Notes under the pieces: model-generated
Told to the model about the DNA's origin: nothing
Seen by the model: the letters and a program-made list of their open reading frames with translations, nothing else
The model's database searches: none
From: Isosphaeraceae bacterium
Lineage (GTDB): Bacteria > Planctomycetota > Planctomycetia > Isosphaerales > Isosphaeraceae
Length of the DNA: 60,202 nt
Direction: 5' to 3'
NCBI GenBank assembly: GCA_027325115.1
Contig: DAHWFG010000348.1
Location: 1 to 60,202 of the forward strand
Shown here: positions 1-8,361 of the stretch, one piece after another
How the letters are laid out: every line of letters begins with the position of its first letter
Position numbering within the stretch: position 1 is the stretch's first letter
Position numbers and translations under genes: made by a program

Positions 1-1695
1 TCGCGCCAATTCCGAAAGTCGTAGCCGTTCGCGAACGCCTTCGAGATAGGCGCCGATGGCGTCGGCGACCTCGGCGGCGTCGCGAGGACGTTTCGCGGGA
101 TCGAACTCCAAACAGCGAAGCGCAATCGCTCGAATTTCCGAATCGGCGTCGCATATTTCGATCTGTTTACGCGTGATCGCGAGATCGTCGGTTCGAGCGG
201 ACCTGAGGATCGCGTCGCCCGATCCGCCGCCGCGCGGCGGCCGCCCCGTGAGGATCGCGCACAAAATCCCGCCGAGGCCGAAGACGTCGCAACGGGAATC
301 GAGCGATTCCACCTCGCCCCGCGCCTGCTCGGGAGACATGTAAGCGGGCGTTCCCAATATCGATCCCTCACGCGATTCGAATCCCGATCCCGATCCCGAT
401 CCCGGATCCGAACCCCCCTGCCCGCTTCGTGAGGTGACGATTCGGCTCACCTCGGCGACGGTATCGGCCGCGGCGCGATCGTCAAGCCGCAACGTCTCCG
501 TCGCGTTATGAATCGATATGTCATCAAGTAGAGTGCTATTATTATTATCGGTATCTAATTTATCTATATTTATTGAGACATTTTGCTCGGACACTTTGGC
601 GAGGCCCCAATCCATCACCTGCACCTCGCCGAAGGCGCCCGCCATGACGTTCGCGGGTTTAAGATCGCGATGGATCACGCCCCGCGCGTGCGCGTAGGCG
701 ATCGTTCGGCAAATCTGGTCGAAGATCGCCAGGAATCGAGGGAGATCGGCGGCGGGGTTGGGCCGTTCGGCCAGCATCGCCGCGAGCGTCCGCCCCTTGA
801 CGAGCTTCATCGTGAAATACGGACGACCGTCGTGGAGAACCCCCGCCTCGTGTACCGGCACGATCCCCGGATGCTGCAACTGACCGAGGATCTGCGCCTC
901 TTCAATAAAACGAAAAATCATTTCTGGTTTATGACGATGTGATTGTTTCAATACCTTGATCGCGAGCGAGCGGTTGAGGTCGATATCACGCACGCGATAA
1001 ATGATTCCCATGCCGCCGCGGGCGATTTCCCCTTCGACTTGGTAGTGCGAAAGCTCGATCGTTTCGGCATGGTCGTTTGAGATGATTGAACCGATCGATT
1101 CGCCGTCGTCGAGCATTTCGTCGCTCGGATCTTTGAGAGCGATTCGAGGGGTCCGCATATTACCGATAATCCGCGCGAGCGATGCGGCGAAATCGGACCG
1201 GGTGGAATCCCCCGGCACGGCCGTCGCGTTGGTTGCAACCGTTGCGTTCATCGTGGTCGTTGCGACCGTCGCGTTCCGCATTTCTTCTCGCGCGGCGACG
1301 ACCTTGGTATTGAATTCGGCATGATCCGCGAGCGATGACGCGACGGTCTGGGGAATGAGGACGTGCGTGTAGGGTTCATCTCGATTGTACGGGCGTTCCG
1401 TACCCGCGGCGCGTTCGGCGACTTGCGCCGCTTGGGAGGGGATCGAAGCCGTCGCGAGGGATGAGTTTTCGAACGACGCGTCGAGTTCGAACTCGCACGC
1501 TTCCAAATCGAACTCCGCTGAATGTACTGAAGAGGCTTCGAGGACGAAGGGGAGCTGGTCTCCAATCAGGTCGTCAAGAGCGATTGAGGGGTGCATCGCC
1601 ATACAAACCATCAGCATGCAACCCGGGCAAGGATCGTCGCCTCGATTTGATGCGCGCTCCAATCCACATGAATGACATTTGATAGATGATGACAT
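1..1695 (-). CDS. Hanks-type Ser/Thr protein kinase with an N-terminal CxxC-x12-CxxC zinc ribbon; partial, the C-terminus runs off the left edge
   Basis: Absent from the ORF track because there is no stop inside the window. Manual minus-strand translation from ATG 1695 gives MSSSIKCHSCGLERASNRGDDPCPGC. Kinase motifs follow: GEIARGGMGIIYRVRD (Gly loop), LAIKVLK (VAIK Lys), HARGVIHRDLKPANVM (catalytic loop), MDWGLAK (DFG-like) and GTPAYMSPEQ (APE). I checked every codon from 330 to 1 and the frame stays open. Confidence 0.85.
   Translation of the reverse strand, partial: MSSSIKCHSCGLERASNRGDDPCPGCMLMVCMAMHPSIALDDLIGDQLPFVLEASSVHSAEFDLEACEFELDASFENSSLATASIPSQAAQVAERAAGTERPYNRDEPYTHVLIPQTVASSLADHAEFNTKVVAAREEMRNATVATTTMNATVATNATAVPGDSTRSDFAASLARIIGNMRTPRIALKDPSDEMLDDGESIGSIISNDHAETIELSHYQVEGEIARGGMGIIYRVRDIDLNRSLAIKVLKQSHRHKPEMIFRFIEEAQILGQLQHPGIVPVHEAGVLHDGRPYFTMKLVKGRTLAAMLAERPNPAADLPRFLAIFDQICRTIAYAHARGVIHRDLKPANVMAGAFGEVQVMDWGLAKVSEQNVSINIDKLDTDNNNSTLLDDISIHNATETLRLDDRAAADTVAEVSRIVTSRSGQGGSDPGSGSGSGFESREGSILGTPAYMSPEQARGEVESLDSRCDVFGLGGILCAILTGRPPRGGGSGDAILRSARTDDLAITRKQIEICDADSEIRAIALRCLEFDPAKRPRDAAEVADAIGAYLEGVRERLRLSELAR
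383..400. repeat. Perfect hexanucleotide tandem repeat (CCCGAT)x3 inside the kinase CDS
   Basis: The repeat cccgat cccgat cccgat, followed by cccggatccg, is read directly. On the coding strand it encodes the GSGSGSG linker in the kinase activation-loop insert. Confidence 0.9.
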
Positions 1696-2347
1696 ATTAT
1701 GATGGAAATAGTAATGAACTCACGACGTCGACTCGGGTGGAGTGGCGGCGATCCCGAGACGGCGGCGCGAGGCTTGCGGCGCCGTCGCCGAATCGGATCT
1801 TCAAGCGGGTAAAGAAGCGATTTTACCAGCATGACGTCGTGAATTCCATACTTTTGGGGGATGTTTCGCTGTTGTGGTATTCGGCCGTGTCGCGTTTTTG
1901 CGACGGAGTGTCTGGGAAGGTGGGGGGCTTCCGGATCGAAGCGCGGTTGAACAAAACCGAACGGGTGAAGGCGCGGTGATCGTCGTCGGATCGTTACGAA
2001 CGGAGCGATCGTCGCAGGCGTCCGAAGCGGCCGCGGGAGCGTGATTTCGGCGCGAACCGACTGAGCCCGGCGACGACGGCGCGACGATATATCGCTCGGT
2101 TGATTCGCTTCGGAACTCGGGCTGGTGGGCTCGAAAGCGGAATGCGAATCGATCCCGGCTTCCGATCGATCGCTCCACGCCAAGGACCGTCATCTGCACG
2201 ACGAATCGGCGAATCGATCCGGGATTACGGCGGAAGATCGAGAAACCTCGGCCCGATGGTCGGGTCGAATTCACCGAGGGTGTCGAGTCGTTTCGGATCG
2301 GCTCAACAAGCGCGTTGGGCCGCCCGATGGCGCGGGAGGATCAGGAA

Positions 2348-2827
2348 GTGAACATCGTCACGACCCGGTTTGGATTGATTCACGCCGACGAAACGGATGT
2401 GATTCGAATCCCCGAAGGATTGGTGCGTTTTCGAAACGCGACGTTATTCGTGTTGTTTCCGGATCCCGAATCCGCCAGCTTGTATTGGCTTCAGAGTGTG
2501 ACGTCACCCGAGTTGGCGTTCGGTTTGGTGGCGCCGCCGATTGCGCTCGATGATTATCAGGTCGAGCTTCGGCCGGCCGATCGCTCGGCGCTCGAACTCG
2601 ACGATGAACGCGAGGCGCTCACATATCTCATTTTGAACCGAACCGAATCGGGAGTTCTGACGGTCAATTTGCAGGGACCGCTCGTTTTCAACCCGGTTCG
2701 ACGGTTGGGAAGGCAGCTCGTGTTGACTTCCAGTCGGCACGCCGTTCGATTCCCGCTCGAGCGCGACTTGAGCGAGCCCAGAATCGGCGTTCTGCAAGGT
2801 CCGTCGTCCTTGCGGGCCACCGCGTAA
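2348..2827 (+). CDS. fliW: Flagellar assembly factor FliW
   Basis: This is ORF 2315..2827. I prefer GTG 2348, which lies 7 nt after GGAGGA (2335-2340) and gives MNIVTTRFGLIHADETDVIRIPEGLVRF. The FVLFPDPE..LYWLQS..FGLVAP..Y and TVNLQGPLVFN pattern is typical of FliW. It sits directly upstream of csrA. Confidence 0.8.
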   Translation: MNIVTTRFGLIHADETDVIRIPEGLVRFRNATLFVLFPDPESASLYWLQSVTSPELAFGLVAPPIALDDYQVELRPADRSALELDDEREALTYLILNRTESGVLTVNLQGPLVFNPVRRLGRQLVLTSSRHAVRFPLERDLSEPRIGVLQGPSSLRATA

Positions 2828-2948
2828 GCGGGGGTTGAGGATCGGCCGAAGTTCCCGTGTTTTGACATAATTTCGATTGTTAGCGATCCCAGGCCACGTG
2901 ATCACGGACGGTCACGGATCTCGTTGGCGGGAAGTAAGGAGCACGAAG

Positions 2949-3212
2949 ATGCTGGTCCTGTCCCGACACCGCGACGAAAGCATCATCATCGGTGATGATA
3001 TCATCATCACCGTGGTGGATATCCGAGGCGACAAAGTGCGATTAGGAATCGCCGCTCCGATCGAAGTCTCGGTGCACCGGCAAGAGGTGTACGAGGCGAT
3101 CCAGCGCGAGAATCGCCAGGCGAGCCGTCTCGAACCCGAGGATGCTCGTCAGGTTGAACGTCTTGGAACCCCGCTCCGCCGCGAGATCCGCCGAACCCGC
3201 GACGACGTTTAA
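2949..3212 (+). CDS. csrA: Carbon storage regulator CsrA (translational repressor)
   Basis: An internal ATG at 2949 is preceded by AAGGAG. The product MLVLSRHRDESIIIGDDIIITVVDIRGDKVRLGIAAPIEVSVHRQEVY is the canonical CsrA core. Confidence 0.9.
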   Translation: MLVLSRHRDESIIIGDDIIITVVDIRGDKVRLGIAAPIEVSVHRQEVYEAIQRENRQASRLEPEDARQVERLGTPLRREIRRTRDDV

Positions 3213-3469
3213 GCCCTAGCCGCGCGTCTCGGATCGACGTGGTTCCCCCGAAAGCGGAACGTCAAACGGAAGCGGAGCGATCCGATCGGAACGTTTGCGG
3301 AGAATGACGCCACCGAGGCGCGACGCCGTCTCACGATTCGATTCGGCGATGATTGATGCGACGGGGGTTCGACGACCGAGCCCCCGTCTTCGCTTTCTCA
3401 ACGCGGTTATGAACACTTGGAATATCCCTAAAGGTGTTTTGATTGTTCAATAAAAATAATCTAAATATC

Positions 3470-4036
3470 TTAAAGTAAGTCGTCGAAGTTGATCATCGCG
3501 GCGTCGTCGTCGTCATCATCGTCGAGTTCCAGCTTGAGTTCTTTGGGGTCTTCGACAACCTGGGGCCAGGGGATTTCGTCGCTTGAATCGGCCCGCGGCG
3601 ATGCGGGTTTCGATTTGGCGGTGACGATGGGAACCTCGGGAGGCGAAGGCGCCGAAAAGCCTTCGTCCTCGATACCCCCCGACCCCGAACTCGATGCGCC
3701 GTTCCGCGCTGAGCTGAGTCGATCGTCGCGGTCGGCGGGGGAAGGCGCCTCGTCCGAGCCCAGATAAACGCGCACTTTATAAGCGCCGAACGTCACTTTA
3801 TCGTTGGGTAGAAGCGCCGCCCAGCGGATCCGCTGACCGTTCACTTTCGTTCCGTTCGTGGTCGCGAGATCGCGGATGATCAACAATCCGTCGGTCTTAA
3901 CGATCACGCAATGACGCTTGGACAGGCTGGGATCGTCGATGCGAATATCGCAGAAATCGCGCCGGCCAAGGACCGAAACGTCCTTGCCGATCGATATCGG
4001 TGGATCGCCGTTTAAAGGGACGAACGCAGCTTTCAT
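3470..4036 (-). CDS. FHA-domain protein with an acidic, disordered C-terminus
   Basis: The stretch ISIGKDVSVLGRRDFCDIRIDDPSLSKRHCVIV..LLIRDLATTNGTKVNGQRI matches the FHA fold signature (G-R...S-x-x-H...N-G). The start was chosen at MKAAF (4036); the ORF extends to 4102. The C-terminus contains a DDDDDDD run. Confidence 0.8.
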   Translation of the reverse strand: MKAAFVPLNGDPPISIGKDVSVLGRRDFCDIRIDDPSLSKRHCVIVKTDGLLIIRDLATTNGTKVNGQRIRWAALLPNDKVTFGAYKVRVYLGSDEAPSPADRDDRLSSARNGASSSGSGGIEDEGFSAPSPPEVPIVTAKSKPASPRADSSDEIPWPQVVEDPKELKLELDDDDDDDAAMINFDDLL

Positions 4037-4346
4037 GGAAGGAATCGCCTCAGGCATGTTTGAGCAATATTTTAACGCATAGGCTTCATACGGGCAAGAC
4101 AAAACGTGCTGCGAAAGACAAGATGAGTCCGACGCGGACCGAACGACCGAATCGCCGCGCCGCGCCGCCCCAAAGCGCCGTTCATGCGGATCTCCTCATG
4201 ATTCTCTCCGACCCGATTGCCGTGATCTCGTCGATCGCTTATCATCCAAAAGACGATTCGAGCGATCATTTCGGGAAGCGCGGCGTCGACGTGCCTCGGC
4301 CGCGGCGACCGCCCTGATCAAGGCGAGGCCGAGAAGTCCAACCAGC

Positions 4347-5132
4347 ATGATCGAACGCAATTATCTTTTTCCCGGTGTGATCGAGATGAACGTCCAGGCG
4401 CGGCGTCGGCTTGGGGTGAACGTTTATCTGATCGACGGCGGAAGTGAATACGCACTCATTGATGTCGGCTTTTTAGATGAATTGGGTGAGATCCTCGAAT
4501 TGATCCGCCAGATGGATTTTAGCCTCTCGGCTTGCAAGACGATCATCGCGACCCACGCCGACGCCGACCACGCGCAGGGGCTGGCGCGGGCGCGTGAGAT
4601 TCTTCGTTGTAAAGTCGCGGCGCATCCCGCAAGCGTCGATCCGCTCGAACAAGGAGACGAGATTCTCACATATGCTCGCATCGACGCTCAGAACATTCAC
4701 ATACCGATGCCGCGATGTAAGGTGGATTGGACGATCGACGAGGGGGATACGGTTGCAATCGGCGATAAAACGCTGGAGGTTTGGAGCACTCCGGGGCACA
4801 CCGCGGGGCAGCTCGCATTCCGAATGGGAGATCTGCTGTTTTCGGGCGACAACATCTTCCGTGACGGTTGCGTGGGAGTGATCGACGCACACCACGGATC
4901 GAATCTGCCTGATTTCATCGCCAGCCTCAAGCGCATTCGAGCGTGTGACGTCAATTATTTGCTGCCATCACACGGGCCGATCTTTCGTAAAGACAATGCG
5001 CTTTTGGACGCGACGATCACGCGACTCGAATCGTACACGCATATGGCCGATTTTGGAACGTGCGCCGTCGATTGGCCCCTGCTCGACGAATGGGACGACG
5101 AACTCGCGAGGGAGATTCCGCCGTTACTGTGA
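4347..5132 (+). CDS. MBL-fold metallo-hydrolase
   Basis: It carries the HxHxDH-type motif [13 protein letters not shown], then TPGHTAG and a later SHG, as in the metallo-beta-lactamase superfamily. Confidence 0.75.
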   Translation: MIERNYLFPGVIEMNVQARRRLGVNVYLIDGGSEYALIDVGFLDELGEILELIRQMDFSLSACKTIIATHADADHAQGLARAREILRCKVAAHPASVDPLEQGDEILTYARIDAQNIHIPMPRCKVDWTIDEGDTVAIGDKTLEVWSTPGHTAGQLAFRMGDLLFSGDNIFRDGCVGVIDAHHGSNLPDFIASLKRIRACDVNYLLPSHGPIFRKDNALLDATITRLESYTHMADFGTCAVDWPLLDEWDDELAREIPPLL

Positions 5133-5418
5133 ATCGATCGGACGAAGCAATCCCGACGGCTCGCCGCGAGGTTCATCCTTCCAAATATAAAAGCGATCAT
5201 AAAATGATGCAGTTCAGCCGGAGATGGCCATAACAAATAGAAATACGATTGTAAGGCAATATTGATTCGCGGGAGATTCGCCCGTCCGCATTCTCATTCG
5301 ACTCGCTCCGAGATCGAAGGCGGCTAAGCCGCGACGTGCGCTTGGTTACGATTCATATCGATCGAAGTAGACGAGTCGCGGTCGGAGGCGGCTCCGAACG
5401 CGACTCGAAGAGCGTGTA

Positions 5419-6354
5419 TCAGCGAGAAGTCGGGGTGATCGGCGGGAAGGTTCGCGTCGTCGTGCTTGAAGTCGTGGAGGTGTTGCCGAAGATTCCCAAC
5501 GGATTGATGTTGATAAACTTCACACCGCGATACGCGAACGTGTAGTATTGAATACTGTTGACGACTGTAAAGAACGGCGAAGCCAACCGATCGAGGAAGA
5601 GCGTCGTGCGGACGATCGGGTCGCGGAAGACGACGATTCGATCGCCGGGCATGATTTGATAATTTGTGGTGGTGTCTCCCTGGTTGACGATCGCGGGAAG
5701 GTTGACGGGAAGAACTTGCTCACAGCATTGTCCCGGGGGCGCGGGGCGCACGAGCCTGATGTTCTGCGGCGCCGAAGTGGGAATCAGTCCCCCCGCGTTG
5801 TTAATCGCGTCGAGCACGGTTTCGTTCCCCTGACTCGGCATGCGCCCGGGGACCGAAACGTCCCCCTGCACATAATAAACCTTACTATTATATTCAAGGA
5901 TATCAATCATTAAATGATTGGAATCGCCGGGTTCCACCTCGATCGGCTCGCTGGTCTCGGGGTCTTCTTTAACCAAACCCAACGAGAAATCGGTGAGGTA
6001 TTTGCGGAGATGAAGCAGGATTTTTTCCTTGGCTTCGCGGAGGGTCAGTCCCGTGATGTAAACCTCGCCGTAGTAGCCGAGATTGACGGTTCCATCGGGC
6101 CGAACGAGAAATTCTCCCGAGAGCGGTCGTTCGGGAAGACCCATCAGTAATTCGATATTGAGTACGTCGGGAGGTTCGATGATATAAGGAGGAAACGACG
6201 TCATTTGCTTTTCACGCGGCATGCCGCTCGCAGCGATTTTCTCTTCCGGGGTTCGCACCGTCTGACATCCGCACGCCCAAAGCGCGGCGGTCGCGATCAG
6301 CGGTATCCAGCGCGCGACTCGACGTTCGCGATCCTTCGAGTTCGAGCGATCCAT
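5419..6354 (-). CDS. Polysaccharide export protein (Wza/Poly_export + SLBB-like), lipoprotein
   Basis: Lipoprotein signal: MDRSNSKDRERRVARWIPLIATAALWACGC. Poly_export-like region: PYIIEPPDVLNIE..LVRPDGTVNLGYYGEVYITGLTLREAKEKI. SLBB-like region: YYVQGDVSVPGR. The start was chosen at the internal Met (6354); the ORF extends to 6528. Confidence 0.7.
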   Translation of the reverse strand: MDRSNSKDRERRVARWIPLIATAALWACGCQTVRTPEEKIAASGMPREKQMTSFPPYIIEPPDVLNIELLMGLPERPLSGEFLVRPDGTVNLGYYGEVYITGLTLREAKEKILLHLRKYLTDFSLGLVKEDPETSEPIEVEPGDSNHLMIDILEYNSKVYYVQGDVSVPGRMPSQGNETVLDAINNAGGLIPTSAPQNIRLVRPAPPGQCCEQVLPVNLPAIVNQGDTTTNYQIMPGDRIVVFRDPIVRTTLFLDRLASPFFTVVNSIQYYTFAYRGVKFININPLGIFGNTSTTSSTTTRTFPPITPTSR

Positions 6355-6585
6355 CACCCGGCTCCTATCCGATCCTTGGACGACCGTTCCTTGGCAAAGC
6401 CCGCGGTCGAGCCTCGCGTCCACTACTCCGCTCGTCCCGTGCCGATTCGCCTTACGCATCCCGCGATCGAGAGTACGAATCTTTGGCCATTGAGCACGGG
6501 GGGAACCTTTCCGATTTCGATTTGACATCTATACAATCGGCACGAAACGACTCGGTCTCGAGTTTGATTCCGACAAGGGGTGCGA

Positions 6586-7116
6586 TTACCGCTTGGCGGG
6601 ATAAAACCGCGCCGCTCGACCGTAATAGTACGAGTAGACCGACCGCGTGGGCTTGGTTCGACCGACCGCCCGTTGCGAGCTGGATGTCCTCCGAGTCGCA
6701 CTCGACGACGAACCCGTGCCTGTCGACGACGCATCGACTTCGCCTCCCCTGACATTCGGCATTGCTCTCGTGCCGCTCATCATCCCCGAACCAATCCCCC
6801 CCTGCGCCGCCTGAGCCGTCGCCATTGAGCCGATGAAACCCGCTCGCCCTCCTCCCGGAAACATGCCGGGATATCCCCACGGTCCATAACCCATCATCAT
6901 CGAATTGCCGCCATACATCATCGGATTCGCGTTGAATCCTTGATTGATATAAGGGTTTGTGTATGGATTGGAGTACGGGTTGAGCATCACGCCCGGCGAA
7001 TACATTTGCGCCGCGTTTGATCCTCGCGGAACTCCCTGAGCTCGGCTTGATTTGCCGAACGTGAGAAGCATCATCATCGCTAAATAAATAACCAAACAAA
7101 CCAATCTTGATCGCAT
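6586..7116 (-). CDS. Secreted Gly/Met/Asn/Pro/Tyr-rich low-complexity protein (hypothetical)
   Basis: Signal peptide: MRSRLVCLVIYLAMMMLLTFGKSSRAQG. It is followed by NPYSNPYTNPYIN and MMYGGNSMMMGYGPWGYPGMFPGGG. No family was recognised. Confidence 0.45.
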   Translation of the reverse strand: MRSRLVCLVIYLAMMMLLTFGKSSRAQGVPRGSNAAQMYSPGVMLNPYSNPYTNPYINQGFNANPMMYGGNSMMMGYGPWGYPGMFPGGGRAGFIGSMATAQAAQGGIGSGMMSGTRAMPNVRGGEVDASSTGTGSSSSATRRTSSSQRAVGRTKPTRSVYSYYYGRAARFYPAKR

Positions 7117-7468
7117 GATTCGCTCCTCACTCGACCGTTTCGTTCGCGTCTCAATCAATCTCGAACGTTTCGCCCGTGTGCGGTGAACGTCAATCGGGTT
7201 GATCGGACGTTTTCTCTCGACTCAATCACTATTTTCGACAAAATCGGCGCCGCTCTCGCAACCCAAACAACCTAAATATCCAAAAAGCCCTTTCTAGCCC
7301 CAATCTTTTTATATTACGAAAATTTCCAAGATTTCCGGGTTTATTATTCGAGTGAACATCATTCGCGGCCCGATCGAAACCCATGTGAGGGCGAACGCGA
7401 CCGCTCGTGCCCCATTTGGTCAGCGAGCGCGGCGTTGGCTCGCGTGACGAGCAAGGCCAATTCAAAGG

Positions 7469-8332
7469 ATGCTCACGATGTTAATGAACCGTTCACGGAT
7501 GAGAATCGTCGGCGCGTTCGGCTTGTTTTTGTTGTTTGATTCGTGGGCTCAGGCGCAACACACGGGGCTCTTTCCCAACCTTTGGGTGCGGCGAGAACGC
7601 CAAGCTTGCCCCCAAGAAGCACCGGAATTTCGCCTCTATCGCCAGATGTACTACGGCGTGTACCCCACCTGCTGGCGCCGCTTTCCCCCGGGATGGGGAT
7701 GCGTCAGTCCCGACGCCCCCGACGCGGCGAAGTCGTTCCGGGAAATCCCCCGGATGATGCCGCCGCGAACGAATGCTTCCTCGGGTGACGAAGGCGATAT
7801 GACGAAATCCCCCGGAGAGGGAGGAGTGGAAGCCCCAGGCGAAGGAAGCCCACTTGATAACCGGATGCCGCCCCCAGAAGGCGCTCCCACGAGCCCCCTC
7901 GGCGAACCCGACGCCGTTCCTCCCAAACCGATCGCCCCCGATCCCAATGCAACGCCAGGTGTGGGGTTGAATGGATCGACGCGTTCGAACTTCTCACGGC
8001 GAGCCGCGTTGAACGTGCGTCAAAACCGAAGTTATGCCAATTCCACCAGGCCCAACACCGCGGTCAACAACGCCGTTTCGCTCGCTTCCGACACGACCGC
8101 GTCCGATCCCAACAACGGACCCGTCACCCCGGCGCTTTCGGTCGACGACCCCATGCTGAACTCGAACGTCGGTTCGCTTCCCCTCGAACCCCCGGCTCAG
8201 CCCGATCAAAACGGCGCCGCGGCCGGCTACGGAGCGAATCCCGCCCCCAATCAGTCCGCTCTCGCCGCTCCTCAACCACGCCGCGGAATCCTCGGTTTCT
8301 TCGGCGGACTCGGTAATCGATTTCGGCAGTAA
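7469..8332 (+). CDS. Secreted Pro/Asn/Ala-rich low-complexity protein (hypothetical)
   Basis: Signal peptide: MNRSRMRIVGAFGLFLLFDSWAQAQ. A Cys/Trp-containing block YYGVYPTCWRRFPPGWGC follows, then about 200 aa of Pro-rich sequence. It is divergent from 6586..7116. Confidence 0.5.
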   Translation: MLTMLMNRSRMRIVGAFGLFLLFDSWAQAQHTGLFPNLWVRRERQACPQEAPEFRLYRQMYYGVYPTCWRRFPPGWGCVSPDAPDAAKSFREIPRMMPPRTNASSGDEGDMTKSPGEGGVEAPGEGSPLDNRMPPPEGAPTSPLGEPDAVPPKPIAPDPNATPGVGLNGSTRSNFSRRAALNVRQNRSYANSTRPNTAVNNAVSLASDTTASDPNNGPVTPALSVDDPMLNSNVGSLPLEPPAQPDQNGAAAGYGANPAPNQSALAAPQPRRGILGFFGGLGNRFRQ

Positions 8333-8361
8333 TAAGAAATGATGTGACGACTTGATAGCCA

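Noticed and set aside
361-420. Short tandem repeats as a possible CRISPR or other repeat array
   Set aside because: There are only three 6-nt units inside a coding region, encoding a GS linker. No repeat-spacer architecture exists anywhere in the window.
1696-2347. Possible CsrB-like GGA-rich decoy sRNA upstream of fliW-csrA
   Set aside because: I counted about 14 GGA triplets in about 650 nt. That is close to the composition-based expectation, and no repeated GGA-in-hairpin-loop units are visible.
6452-7099. 215-aa minus-strand ORF in an alternative frame to 6586..7116
   Set aside because: It has no signal peptide or motif and would run into the upstream region of the Wza-like gene. The overlapping frame, with a clear signal peptide, was preferred, although neither frame is proven.
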